Numbered from the stretch's first letter, positions 47,169-56,898 are shown. The stretch: DNA of 64,000 nt from an uncultured virus (IMG/VR IMGVR_UViG_3300025853_000054) (IMGVR_UViG_3300025853_000054), one strand, 5' to 3'. The notes: generated by a model not told the origin, from the sequence alone. A program made the numbers and translations.

Positions 47169-47595
47169 TATTCAAACCCTTCAAGGAATGTGGGAAAAAG
47201 ATTCTAAAATAGACATTGATAATCTACATCACGAATCTTTAAAAATTCCATTATTACATGCAAAATATTTTGATCTGTATAATGATCTAGTTTTACTTAG
47301 AAAGCAAGCAGAGCAGCAGAAAAAAAATATAAGACATGATAGATATCAATATTATTCAGGTAGAGCAGATCCAGAAGTATATGTTGAAAATCCTTTCCCC
47401 AAAAAGGTTAGGGACAAAAGTGATATGGAACGATACCTAGATGCTGATGAAAAGTTATCAAAGATTATTTTAAAAATAGATTATTATGAAGTAATGCTTA
47501 AATATATTGAAGATATTTTAAAGCAGATTCATAATAGGTCATATCAAATCAAAAACTCAATCGATTATATGGCATTTCAATCTGGGTTAGGATAA
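47161..47595 (+). CDS. uvsY: Recombination mediator UvsY
   Basis: SLKIPLLHAKY, YYSG and RSYQIKNSID motifs. Confidence 0.9.
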   Translation: MINIQTLQGMWEKDSKIDIDNLHHESLKIPLLHAKYFDLYNDLVLLRKQAEQQKKNIRHDRYQYYSGRADPEVYVENPFPKKVRDKSDMERYLDADEKLSKIILKIDYYEVMLKYIEDILKQIHNRSYQIKNSIDYMAFQSGLG

Positions 47596-47634
47596 GCAGA
47601 TAAATAGATATAACAAAGATGATTTTTTTGTTAT

Positions 47635-49098
47635 ATGTGTGATGTAAAAATTTATAAAAAGAATGAGGTTTACATTAAACTAGAATGTGAACCTCATATT
47701 TTGTATGAGATGCAAGAATATTTTACGTTTGAAGTTCCTGGTGCAAAGTTTATGCCTCAGATGAGGAATAAGCACTGGGATGGAATGGTTCGTCTTCTTT
47801 CAGTTTATACTGGAGAAATATATGTTGGTCTTTTGGACAAACTTATTTCAAAATTAAAGTTACATAACTATACTTATGAGTTTGTAGAAAATACGTATTA
47901 TGGTCTTCCATTTGAGTATAATGAAGAGATTTCAATGGAAGGTGTAAAAGATTACATGACATCTATTTGCTCTTTTTCTCCAAGGAGTTATCAAGTTGAG
48001 GGAGTATATAGTGCATTAAGGTATAATCGAAAACTATTGATAAGCCCCACTGCCAGTGGCAAATCTTTGATGATTTATTCTGTTGTAAGATATTATGTGG
48101 ATAAAGGTAAAAAAATTCTTTTAGTTGTTCCAACGACATCTCTTGTAGAACAGATGTATAAGGATTTCCAAGAGTATGGTTGGGATGCTGAATCATATTG
48201 TCATAAGATTTATGGTGGAAAGGAAAAAACAAATCAAGCACCAGTCACTATAACAACTTGGCAATCTATTTACAAGCTAGATAAAAAGTTTTTTAATGAG
48301 TATGAGGTAGTGATTGGAGATGAAGCACATTTATTCAAAAGTAAGTCTCTAGTCAATATCATGAGTAAATTGCACTCATGTAAGTATAGATTTGGGTTCA
48401 CTGGTACTTTAGACGGATCACAGACGCATAAGTGGGTATTAGAGGGTCTTTTTGGACCATCATACAAAGTGACCAGAACTAAAGAACTTATGGATAAAGG
48501 TCATCTTTCAAAGTTAAATATTATTTGTTTAAACTTGAAGCATAAACCCCAGAAGTTTAATACATTTGAAGATGAAGTTCAGTTCATCATAGGTAATCAA
48601 AAAAGAAATAAGTTTATTAAAAATCTAGTACTAAGTATTAATGGAAATAGCCTTGTACTGTTTTCACGAATAGAAGGTCATGGAGTACCATTGTTTAATT
48701 TAATAAATAGTTCTACTGAAGAGGACAGAAAAGTATTTTTTGTCCATGGAGGTGTTGATACAGTGGAAAGAGAAAAAGTCAGAGAAATAACAGAAAGAGA
48801 AAATAATGCAATTATTATTGCATCTTATGGAGTATTTTCTACTGGCATTAATATAAAGAATCTGCATAATGTTGTTTTTGCTTCACCGAGTAAATCTAGG
48901 ATTAGGAACCTACAATCAATCGGAAGAGTATTGAGAAAAGGCAATAATAAATCAAAAGCAGTTTTATATGATATTGCTGATGATTGTACATATAACTCGC
49001 AGAAAAACTATACACTAAATCATTTTATTGAAAGAATAAAAATATATAACGAAGAAAACTTTAACTATGAAATAATCCCAGTTAACTTATCTCTATGA
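47635..49098 (+). CDS. uvsW: SF2 DNA helicase UvsW
   Basis: PTASGKS, DEAH and QSIGRVLR motifs. Confidence 0.96.
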   Translation: MCDVKIYKKNEVYIKLECEPHILYEMQEYFTFEVPGAKFMPQMRNKHWDGMVRLLSVYTGEIYVGLLDKLISKLKLHNYTYEFVENTYYGLPFEYNEEISMEGVKDYMTSICSFSPRSYQVEGVYSALRYNRKLLISPTASGKSLMIYSVVRYYVDKGKKILLVVPTTSLVEQMYKDFQEYGWDAESYCHKIYGGKEKTNQAPVTITTWQSIYKLDKKFFNEYEVVIGDEAHLFKSKSLVNIMSKLHSCKYRFGFTGTLDGSQTHKWVLEGLFGPSYKVTRTKELMDKGHLSKLNIICLNLKHKPQKFNTFEDEVQFIIGNQKRNKFIKNLVLSINGNSLVLFSRIEGHGVPLFNLINSSTEEDRKVFFVHGGVDTVEREKVREITERENNAIIIASYGVFSTGINIKNLHNVVFASPSKSRIRNLQSIGRVLRKGNNKSKAVLYDIADDCTYNSQKNYTLNHFIERIKIYNEENFNYEIIPVNLSL

Positions 49099-49490
49099 TA
49101 GAAGAAGACTTTTACGCATCAATAAAATTTAAAAGTGGTGAAGAAGTATTTGCTAAGGTGCTACCTACGGATGAAGATGGGGAAAACATATTGGTTGTAA
49201 CTAACCCCGTTATTATTAAAGAAATAAAAACAAGACAAGGTTATGGATATAAAATAGAACCCTGGTTAAAGACTACTGATGATGACATGTTTATTGTTAA
49301 TCTAAATGATGTATTAACTATTAGTGAATCTACTAATAATGAAATCATTAAAATGCATACTTCATTTATTAGAAGATATGACAATATAAAAAGATTTAAT
49401 AATACAACTGGTATAACTAGAGAAATGGGGTATCTCTCTAGTGTATCTAGATTTAAAAAACTCTTAGAAAACATCTATAATAATAGCTAA
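49095..49490 (+). CDS. Hypothetical protein, Sm-like beta fold suspected
   Basis: IKFKSGEEVFAKV..PW pattern; ATGA overlap with uvsW. Confidence 0.8.
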   Translation: MIEEDFYASIKFKSGEEVFAKVLPTDEDGENILVVTNPVIIKEIKTRQGYGYKIEPWLKTTDDDMFIVNLNDVLTISESTNNEIIKMHTSFIRRYDNIKRFNNTTGITREMGYLSSVSRFKKLLENIYNNS

Positions 49491-49518
49491 AGCTAACTCA
49501 TTCAACCCTGACAAAGGT

Positions 49519-49548
49519 ATTATACAAAGAATCTGTAGGTATTGTCAA
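49519..49548 (-). promoter_or_regulatory. Antisense sigma70-type promoter TTGACA-N18-TATAAT
   Basis: Perfect hexamers on the minus strand; no credible minus-strand gene follows. Confidence 0.6.
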
Positions 49549-49551
49549 GCT

Positions 49552-49579
49552 TTGACTATCTTGGTTTATGTGGTATAAT
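49552..49579 (+). promoter_or_regulatory. gp55 promoter: TTGACT-N16-TATAAT with TGn extension
   Basis: Consensus match 23 bp upstream of the ATG. Confidence 0.75.
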
Positions 49580-49602
49580 GTCTACATATTAGTATATTAA
49601 AT

Positions 49603-50148
49603 ATGGCAATGACCTTTACCACAATGACAAAAAGAAAAAGATCAGAACATTATGTGAATAACAAAGAGTTTTTATCTGCTCTTATTGATTATCAATATGC
49701 CGTAGAAAAATCTTATGTTGAAGAGTTTGGAGAAGTTCCAACAAAGGATAAAAAAGGAAAAAAATGGAGTACTAAACCTGTTATTCCAAAATATATTGGA
49801 GAGTGCTTTTTAAAGATTGCCACCCACCTATCATATAAAACTAATTTTATCAACTATCTTTTTATTGACGATATGGTGTCCGATGGTATTGAAAACTGTG
49901 TGCAATATATTCATAACTTCAATCCAGATAGATCTAAAAATCCTTTTGCCTATTTTACACAAATCATTCATTATGCTTTCTTGAGAAGGATTCAAAAAGA
50001 AAAAAGGCAGTTAGAGATTAAAAGTAAGATTCTTGAAAAAACTGGATTTGATGAAGTCTTTTGGGATGACAATAACACTATTGACAACTCGAACTACTCT
50101 GACTACAATAGCATCAAAGAAAGTGTTCACATGAAAATTCGTTACTAA
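49603..50148 (+). CDS. gp55: Late-transcription sigma factor gp55
   Basis: HYVNNKEF, YIGECFLKIA and NPFAYFTQI..AFLRRI motifs. Confidence 0.96.
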   Translation: MAMTFTTMTKRKRSEHYVNNKEFLSALIDYQYAVEKSYVEEFGEVPTKDKKGKKWSTKPVIPKYIGECFLKIATHLSYKTNFINYLFIDDMVSDGIENCVQYIHNFNPDRSKNPFAYFTQIIHYAFLRRIQKEKRQLEIKSKILEKTGFDEVFWDDNNTIDNSNYSDYNSIKESVHMKIRY

Positions 50149-51198
50149 ATGAAAGTTGCTATTATAACAGATACTCATTATGGTGCCCGTAAAGGGTCTA
50201 AAGTTTATCATGATTATTTTGAACTATTTTATAAAAATGTATTTTTTCCAACACTAGAAGAACATAATATTGATACCATCATTCATATGGGCGATGTCTT
50301 TGATAGTAGAAAATCTATCGATTATACGTCTTTAGAGTGGGCAAAGCGAGTTGTCTTTGAACCTTTATCAAAGTATGACGTTCACATGATTATTGGAAAT
50401 CATGATACTTACTATAAAAACACAAATAGAGTTAACTCTCCAAACTTATTATTAAAGTCATATCCAAATATTAAAACATATTCTGACCCTACAGAAGTAA
50501 ACATTGGTGGACTAAATATTTTACTTTTACCTTGGATCAATGAAGACAATCAAGAACTTTGCTATAAACACATTAAAAATACAAGTAGCAACTGTGCGAT
50601 GGGGCACCTTGAGCTTAATGGATTTAGAGTTAATTCGCAAATCGTCATGGACCATGGTCATGAGAGCAAACTATATTCAAAGTTCACCAAGGTCTTCAGC
50701 GGTCACTTTCACACTAGATCAGACGATGGACGAATCTTTTACTTGGGAAACCCATACGAAATGTTCTGGTCAGATGTCGGTGATCGGAGAGGATTCACCA
50801 TCTTTGATACAGAAACTCTTGAACATTTTCCAGTAGATAATCCTTATACTCTATATCATATTGTTGAGTATGATGATTTGACTATGGATTCTTTTAAACT
50901 AAACCATTTTAATGCCAGTAAATACGAAGATAAAATTGTAAAAGTCATCGTCAAAAATAAAACAAAACCTAAAGTGTTTGATAAGTTTTTAGATAAAATA
51001 TATTTGGCAAATCCGTATGAAGTTAAGATAACCGAAATACTTCAAGAAAGTAGTATTCAAAATGAGGAAGATATTGAAATTGAAAATACAATGACAATAC
51101 TTTCAAAATATATTGAAAATGCTGATGTTGACATAAATAAAAACAAAGTTCAAAATCTCGCACGTAAGATTTATAAACAAGCTTGTGATATTAGTTAA
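50149..51198 (+). CDS. gp47: Recombination endonuclease gp47 (Mre11/SbcD-like)
   Basis: DTHYG, GDVFD, GNHD and SGHFH metallophosphoesterase motifs. Confidence 0.96.
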   Translation: MKVAIITDTHYGARKGSKVYHDYFELFYKNVFFPTLEEHNIDTIIHMGDVFDSRKSIDYTSLEWAKRVVFEPLSKYDVHMIIGNHDTYYKNTNRVNSPNLLLKSYPNIKTYSDPTEVNIGGLNILLLPWINEDNQELCYKHIKNTSSNCAMGHLELNGFRVNSQIVMDHGHESKLYSKFTKVFSGHFHTRSDDGRIFYLGNPYEMFWSDVGDRRGFTIFDTETLEHFPVDNPYTLYHIVEYDDLTMDSFKLNHFNASKYEDKIVKVIVKNKTKPKVFDKFLDKIYLANPYEVKITEILQESSIQNEEDIEIENTMTILSKYIENADVDINKNKVQNLARKIYKQACDIS

Positions 51199-51203
51199 AG
51201 GAT

Positions 51204-51458
51204 ATGTTCATAATCACTATTGCTGGGAAAGAAGATGAAGGAGCTTATTCAGTCAAAGATGAGTTTGGTGAAAAAGTTCTTTACATCTTTGAAGATGAAG
51301 ATGATGCAACTAGGTTTGCCATGATGCTTGAGGATCGAGGCACTCCTGAAATGTATGTTATGGAAGTTGAGGAACATAGTTTAATCCAAGCATGTGAAAT
51401 GCATGATCATAAATATCAAATATTTACCGTAGACGATTTTGTAATACCACCAGAATAA
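51204..51458 (+). CDS. Hypothetical acidic protein
   Basis: FEDEDDATRFAMML motif; lies between gp47 and gp46. Confidence 0.8.
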   Translation: MFIITIAGKEDEGAYSVKDEFGEKVLYIFEDEDDATRFAMMLEDRGTPEMYVMEVEEHSLIQACEMHDHKYQIFTVDDFVIPPE

Positions 51459-51462
51459 AAAC

Positions 51463-53172
51463 ATGATTCTTTTTGAAAAAATTCGTTATAAAAACTTTCT
51501 TTCTACTGGAAATAGTTTTACTGAACTAGATTTAAATCGCTCAAATACTACACTAATTCTAGGAACAAATGGATCGGGAAAAAGTACTTTTCTGGATGCT
51601 TTAACTTTTGGATTGTTTGGAAAATCTTTTAGGGGCATTAATAAACCTCAACTAATAAACTCTACAAATGAAAAAGATTGTTTAGTTGAGATTGAGTTTA
51701 CTATTGGAAGTATTAAGTGGAAAGTTCGTAGGGGTATAAAACCTGCAATCTTTGAAATCTATAGAAACGATCAACCCTTAGATCAAAATGCTTCATCAAT
51801 TGAGCAGCAAAAGTGGTTTGAGCAAACTATTCTGAAAATGAACTATCGTTCATTTACTCAGATTGTTATTTTGGGAAGTAGTAACTTTGTTCCTTTTATG
51901 CAACTTACTGCATCTAGTAGGAGAGAAGTTATTGAAGATTTATTGGATATTAAAATATTTTCTTTGATGAGTTTGGTTATAAAAGAAGATATTAAAATGC
52001 TCAAAAGCAATCTTAATAATCTGACTTTAAAACGAGAATCTTTGCATGAAAAAATATCTATGCAGAAAGGATTTCTTGAAGATATTGAAAAGCGAGGCAA
52101 CGAGTTTATTGCCGAAAAATCAAATAAGGTAAACGAACTTATCCGAGAAGAAAATGAAGTTGAAAAATCTACTGAAGAGTTACTTCTTAAACTTGAAAAG
52201 ATGGATGATGAACTTCAACAGTACTCTAATGCTAGAGAAAAACTTCGTAAGTTGGGAAATCTGAAAGGAAAAATCACTCAAAAAATAGCAACGATTACAA
52301 AAGAGTATAAGTTTTTCAATGATAATACGGTATGCCCTACCTGCACCCAAAGCATTGAAGAAACTTTTCGTTTAAATAGAATAGGTGATGCCAAACAAAA
52401 GGCAAAAGAACTTAAATCTGGTTTTGAAGAACTTGAAAGGACTATTCGTGGTGAGGAAATGCGGGAACAAAAGTTCAATGACATTTCTTCTAAAGTAACT
52501 AACGTAACACATGGTATTTCTACAAACAATACTCGGGTTTCATCAATACATCAAGAAATCCAAAGTCTACAATATGAAATTCAAAAAACTTCCGAAAATA
52601 TTCAAAACCGAAATATTGAGCATGATAAACTAGAAGAGTTTCAGAAAAAGTTAGATTCTTGTTTAGATGAGATTGAAACCACCCAAGAAGAAATAGTAAA
52701 TCATGATTTTATCTATGGATTGCTAAAAGACTCTGGCGTTAAATCTAAAATCATTAAAAAATACATTCCCGTTATTAATCAGCAGATTAATCGATATTTG
52801 CAGTTGATGGATTTTTATGTCAACTTTAAACTTGATGAAGAGTTTAAAGAATCTGTTGAGTCACCTATTCACGAAGATTTTTCTTATCAATCTTTCAGTG
52901 AAGGTGAAAAGCAACGGATTGATCTTGCTCTACTGTTTACATGGAGAGAGATTGCGAAGATTAAAAACTCAGCAAATACAAACTTGCTGATAATGGATGA
53001 GATCTTTGATAGTTCTCTTGATGGGTATGGTACTGAAGATTTCTTGAAAATCGTTCGGTACATTATTAAAGATAGTAATATCTTTGTAATATCTCATAAG
53101 AGTGGACTTGAAGATAAGTTTGAAAGTGTTATAAAATTTGAAAAAGTAAAAGGATTCAGTAGAAAAGTATGA
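51463..53172 (+). CDS. gp46: Recombination ATPase gp46 (Rad50/SbcC-like)
   Basis: GTNGSGKST, CPTC zinc hook, FSEGEK signature, MDEIFD and ISHK motifs. Confidence 0.97.
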   Translation: MILFEKIRYKNFLSTGNSFTELDLNRSNTTLILGTNGSGKSTFLDALTFGLFGKSFRGINKPQLINSTNEKDCLVEIEFTIGSIKWKVRRGIKPAIFEIYRNDQPLDQNASSIEQQKWFEQTILKMNYRSFTQIVILGSSNFVPFMQLTASSRREVIEDLLDIKIFSLMSLVIKEDIKMLKSNLNNLTLKRESLHEKISMQKGFLEDIEKRGNEFIAEKSNKVNELIREENEVEKSTEELLLKLEKMDDELQQYSNAREKLRKLGNLKGKITQKIATITKEYKFFNDNTVCPTCTQSIEETFRLNRIGDAKQKAKELKSGFEELERTIRGEEMREQKFNDISSKVTNVTHGISTNNTRVSSIHQEIQSLQYEIQKTSENIQNRNIEHDKLEEFQKKLDSCLDEIETTQEEIVNHDFIYGLLKDSGVKSKIIKKYIPVINQQINRYLQLMDFYVNFKLDEEFKESVESPIHEDFSYQSFSEGEKQRIDLALLFTWREIAKIKNSANTNLLIMDEIFDSSLDGYGTEDFLKIVRYIIKDSNIFVISHKSGLEDKFESVIKFEKVKGFSRKV

Positions 53173-53188
53173 CAACGATAAACTTAGG

Positions 53189-53219
53189 TTGACATTTGCG
53201 TGGAAACCTACTATAAATA
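53189..53219 (+). promoter_or_regulatory. TTGACA-N17-TATAAA promoter overlapping a late TATAAATA
   Basis: Consensus match upstream of ATG 53247. Confidence 0.7.
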
Positions 53220-53246
53220 TGGTTGATTGGATTAGGCGAGCAATCG

Positions 53247-53396
53247 ATGAAACTCCCCAACTGGCAACACCACTCCAAGAAGGAACAGAAGCGGAAGTTG
53301 AAACCGCAAGCACTGAGGGCGAGGAAGGAAGCACTCAGACACTTTAAAAAGCGTCACATGGATCGTCCTACGGGGCGATCTTTTTTTGTATACTGA
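53247..53396 (+). CDS. Small very basic protein, 49 aa (MKLPNWQHHSKKEQKRKLKPQALRARKEALRHFKKRHMDRPTGRSFFVY); not in the ORF track
   Basis: Own promoter; ATG-TGA frame; terminator inside its 3' end. Confidence 0.75.
   Translation: MKLPNWQHHSKKEQKRKLKPQALRARKEALRHFKKRHMDRPTGRSFFVY
53361..53387 (+). terminator. Intrinsic terminator inside the 53247-53396 ORF
   Basis: gatcgtcc-TACG-gggcgatc followed by T7, ending 6 nt before the stop codon. Confidence 0.8.
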
Positions 53397-53417
53397 CTTG
53401 AGTTCAAACAAACCGCC

Positions 53418-55547
53418 ATGACTATCGACCTAGAAATTAAAGGTCAACTTGCTAAACTTCTAGCAACTGAAGATCTGGTTGTGGAGCATAAAAAAGTTGA
53501 GACTGCGATGTTCAATGTCGATACTCGGGTATTGACTCTTCCTATGTGGAAGAAAGCAAGTAACGAAGTATACGACATGCTTGTTTCTCATGAAGTTGGA
53601 CATGCATTGTTTACTCCTAATGAAGATCCAACTATTAAAGTGCCAATGTCGTTTATCAATATTGTAGAAGATGCTCGTATTGAGAAAATGATGAAACGGA
53701 AATATGCTGGTATTCCTAAAACTTTCCGTCGAGGTTATCTCCAACTTCATGAAGATGATTTCTTCTGCCTTAAGAATGAAGATATTTCTTCAATGAATCT
53801 TGCAGATCGTGTTAATCTGCTGTTTAAAGTTGGATCTTTCATGGAAGTTCCAATCAAAAATAGTAGAGAATCTGATATCGTTGATATGGTTAGCGATGCA
53901 GAAACTTTCTTCGATGTACAAATAGCTGCAGAAGCTCTTTACAAATATTGTAAAGAAGAACAAGAAGCAAATACTAAAACAGATATTCCTGATCAAAAAT
54001 CTACTCCTCAAAACTCTGGGCAGGGAGATTATCAGACTGAAGATACAGAACAATCTGAAGAACAATCTGAAGAGCAGAATCAAGAACAGCAACAAACTGA
54101 TACTTCTCCCAATATGGAAGGTGGTTCTTTTGGATCGGTTCCACCAGATGAAGAAGGATCATATGGTGGAACCGATCCAGAAGTAAAGACTGATAGTGCA
54201 TTTAATAATGGCATTAAAAATCTTGTTGATCTAGATTCTGTTGGAAACAACTATGTAGAATTTCCTGATTTGAATCTTGATTCGGTAATCAACTCAAATA
54301 ATGAAGTTCATTCTTTTATTTCAAATCACTTCAAAGTATTTGATTCTGAGCAGTTTGATAATGTAGATAAATCTTTCAAAGATTATAAAAAAACTGCACA
54401 GAAAGAAGTTAACTATCTAGTAAAAGAGTTTGAATGTCGTAAAGCTGCAGATTCTTATTCTCGTGCTAGTACTGCTCGAACGGGTGTTTTAGATTGCACT
54501 AAACTCCACACTTACAAATACAATGAAGATCTGTTCAAAAAAGTAACAGTTATTCCCGATGGTAAGAATCACGGTTTGGTGTTTATTTTGGATTGGTCTG
54601 GTTCAATGTCCAATATTCTTATGGACACTTTAAAGCAGTTGTACAATCTTATTTGGTTCTGTAAAAAAACAAGCATTCCTTTTAGGGTATATGCATTTAC
54701 ATATGAATTTAATACCGTTGATTATGATGAACATGGTAAAGCAACCTATCCAAAACGGCATTATGATAAAAAAGATGGTCTTCTTTTTGTAGATGAAAGA
54801 TTCTCTTTAATGGAGTTCTTTACTTCTAAAGTAACGTCTAAAGAACTAGAAACTCAAATGAAAAACATTTGGAGGATTGCATATCAATTTCGTAAATATG
54901 CTAGATATAGTATTCATCCAAAACTTAGTCTATCTGGAACACCACTCAATGAATCTGTAATAGCACTTAATAAGATTATTCCTTTGGTTAAAAAGCAAGA
55001 AAATCTCCAAAAAGTTCATTGTGTCATTTTGACTGATGGTGAATCGGCTCAAATTCCCTTCCATAAAGAGTTTCATCGTAAGTGGGATCAACCAGGTGAA
55101 TCTTATATTGGAACTGCTAGACTTACTTTGAATAGTTATTTGCGTAGTCGTAAAACTGGAAAAGTGTATCAGGTTCGAGGAGACTGGAAAAAAATTACTG
55201 AAACTCTATTAACTTGTGTTAAAGATGAAAACCCAACTGTAAACTTTATTGGCATTCGTATTGTTAAACGCGATGTCTCCTATTTTATTCGTCAGTCTAC
55301 TGGTTATGATACTGATGAGTTTGACAAGGCAATAAAGCAGTGGAATAAAGATAAGTGTGTTTCTCTTTCTTCAAACGGTTACACTAAAAAGTTTGGACTT
55401 TCTGCTCAGTTTATTTCTCAAGAAGTTGACTTTGAAGTTAAAGAAGATGCAACTAAGACACAAATCAAAAGTGCATTTATTAAATCACTTAAAACTAAAA
55501 AACTAAATAAAAAAATCCTAGGAGAATTTGTAGAGGTTATTTGCTGA
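53418..55547 (+). CDS. Zincin-motif plus vWA domain protein (CobT-like partner of a MoxR ATPase)
   Basis: HEVGH and NIVEDARIE motifs, acidic linker, MIDAS DWSGS...TPL...LTDGE. Confidence 0.88.
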   Translation: MTIDLEIKGQLAKLLATEDLVVEHKKVETAMFNVDTRVLTLPMWKKASNEVYDMLVSHEVGHALFTPNEDPTIKVPMSFINIVEDARIEKMMKRKYAGIPKTFRRGYLQLHEDDFFCLKNEDISSMNLADRVNLLFKVGSFMEVPIKNSRESDIVDMVSDAETFFDVQIAAEALYKYCKEEQEANTKTDIPDQKSTPQNSGQGDYQTEDTEQSEEQSEEQNQEQQQTDTSPNMEGGSFGSVPPDEEGSYGGTDPEVKTDSAFNNGIKNLVDLDSVGNNYVEFPDLNLDSVINSNNEVHSFISNHFKVFDSEQFDNVDKSFKDYKKTAQKEVNYLVKEFECRKAADSYSRASTARTGVLDCTKLHTYKYNEDLFKKVTVIPDGKNHGLVFILDWSGSMSNILMDTLKQLYNLIWFCKKTSIPFRVYAFTYEFNTVDYDEHGKATYPKRHYDKKDGLLFVDERFSLMEFFTSKVTSKELETQMKNIWRIAYQFRKYARYSIHPKLSLSGTPLNESVIALNKIIPLVKKQENLQKVHCVILTDGESAQIPFHKEFHRKWDQPGESYIGTARLTLNSYLRSRKTGKVYQVRGDWKKITETLLTCVKDENPTVNFIGIRIVKRDVSYFIRQSTGYDTDEFDKAIKQWNKDKCVSLSSNGYTKKFGLSAQFISQEVDFEVKEDATKTQIKSAFIKSLKTKKLNKKILGEFVEVIC

Positions 55548-55732
55548 TGTCAAATGTAGAAGGAGCATTTACTTGTTGTCCTTACTGTGGGCAATCAAAT
55601 AAACCTTGTTCACAAATAATTAGTTTAGCAACGGCATACGCAAGAGATGCTTGTAGAAAAAAGTCCTTGGGTGTGCCATTTACATCACTGTCCACTACCT
55701 CGCCTTCTCTTCCTCATTTCCCCCTATACTAA
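55547..55732 (+). CDS. Possible small Cys-rich protein (CCPYCG..C..C)
   Basis: Its 3' part overlaps the promoter of the next gene. Confidence 0.4.
   Translation: MSNVEGAFTCCPYCGQSNKPCSQIISLATAYARDACRKKSLGVPFTSLSTTSPSLPHFPLY
55673..55729 (+). promoter_or_regulatory. Early promoter with the GTGCCA-N10-TGTCCAC motif and -10 TATACT
   Basis: Same bipartite motif and spacing to -10 as cassettes A and B. Confidence 0.65.
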
Positions 55733-55758
55733 CTTCAGTTCAAACAAACACCTGACCC

Positions 55759-56868
55759 ATGGCAATGTCCGCTGATTACATCCGCACTTCTCTCCAGGCA
55801 CTTTATGGGGACTCTATTTCTGCAGGAGATATCCGTGCTTGGTGCGCTATGAACGACGGCAACTACCAAACCGTAACCAACAAACTCGCTCAATATAAGA
55901 TTGCTCGCGGTAGTTGGGATCTTACCGTTCGGGAAAAAATGGAGCAAACTTACCAGTCTAGCCCCACTAGTGTTCCCGTTCAGGAACGCCAAAATCTCAC
56001 TCCAGAAAAAGATGATACCTTCGTCCGCTTTGGTCATTTCAGCGATATTCGTAAGATTATTCAGTCCAGTCTTTTTTATCCTACGTTTATTACGGGTCTG
56101 TCGGGTAATGGCAAAACGTTTTCGATTGAGCAAGCATGTGCTCAGTTGGGTCGTGAACTAGTTCGTGTAAACATTACTATTGAGACTGATGAAGATGACC
56201 TCATTGGTGGATTCCGTCTTATCAATGGCGAGACCGTTTGGCACAATGGTCCAGTCGTCGAAGCGTTGGAACGCGGTGCGATTCTACTGCTTGACGAGAT
56301 TGACCTTGCTAGCAATAAAATCCTCTGTCTCCAGTCCATCCTTGAAGGTAAGGGTGTGTTCCTGAAAAAGATCGGTAAGTATGTAAAACCAACAAAAGGT
56401 TTCAATGTATTTGCCACTGCGAACACAAAAGGTAAAGGTTCTGATGATGGTCGTTTTATCGGCACTAATGTTCTGAATGAAGCATTTCTTGAGCGTTTTC
56501 CTGTGACCTTTGAGCAGTCTTATCCAACTCCTGCAACTGAACAGAAAATTCTTGAGGGTATTGCTCTGGATCTTGGTGTAGAAGACCGTGAGTTCTGTAA
56601 GCGTCTTGTGGATTGGGCTGACGTTATTCGCAAAACGTTCTATGATGGTGGTATTGATGAGATCATTAGCACCCGTCGTCTAGTCCACATTATCCGTGCC
56701 TACAGTATCTTCCAAGACAAGGCAAAGGCAATCCAAGTTTGTGTTAATCGTTTCGATGATGAGACCAAACAATCTTTCATTGAACTATATGATAAGTTTG
56801 ATGCTGATTTCGTAATGCCTTCTGAAGATCAGCAAAAGGAGTGTCTTGATGAGCACAACTTTTCTTGA
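55759..56868 (+). CDS. cobS: MoxR-family AAA+ ATPase (cyanophage CobS-like)
   Basis: GLSGNGKT, LLLDEID, ATANTKG, NEAFLERF and ISTRRL motifs. Confidence 0.9.
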   Translation: MAMSADYIRTSLQALYGDSISAGDIRAWCAMNDGNYQTVTNKLAQYKIARGSWDLTVREKMEQTYQSSPTSVPVQERQNLTPEKDDTFVRFGHFSDIRKIIQSSLFYPTFITGLSGNGKTFSIEQACAQLGRELVRVNITIETDEDDLIGGFRLINGETVWHNGPVVEALERGAILLLDEIDLASNKILCLQSILEGKGVFLKKIGKYVKPTKGFNVFATANTKGKGSDDGRFIGTNVLNEAFLERFPVTFEQSYPTPATEQKILEGIALDLGVEDREFCKRLVDWADVIRKTFYDGGIDEIISTRRLVHIIRAYSIFQDKAKAIQVCVNRFDDETKQSFIELYDKFDADFVMPSEDQQKECLDEHNFS

Positions 56869-56893
56869 CTGAAATCCATTCTCTTGATATAAT
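56865..56893 (+). promoter_or_regulatory. TTGACT-N17-TATAAT promoter for the replication operon
   Basis: Near-consensus with TGn extension. Confidence 0.8.
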
Positions 56894-56898
56894 CATCT

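Noticed and set aside
55759..56868. Cobalamin biosynthesis function for cobS
   Set aside because: Only a generic MoxR AAA+/vWA pair is supported; no cobN or other cob genes are in the window
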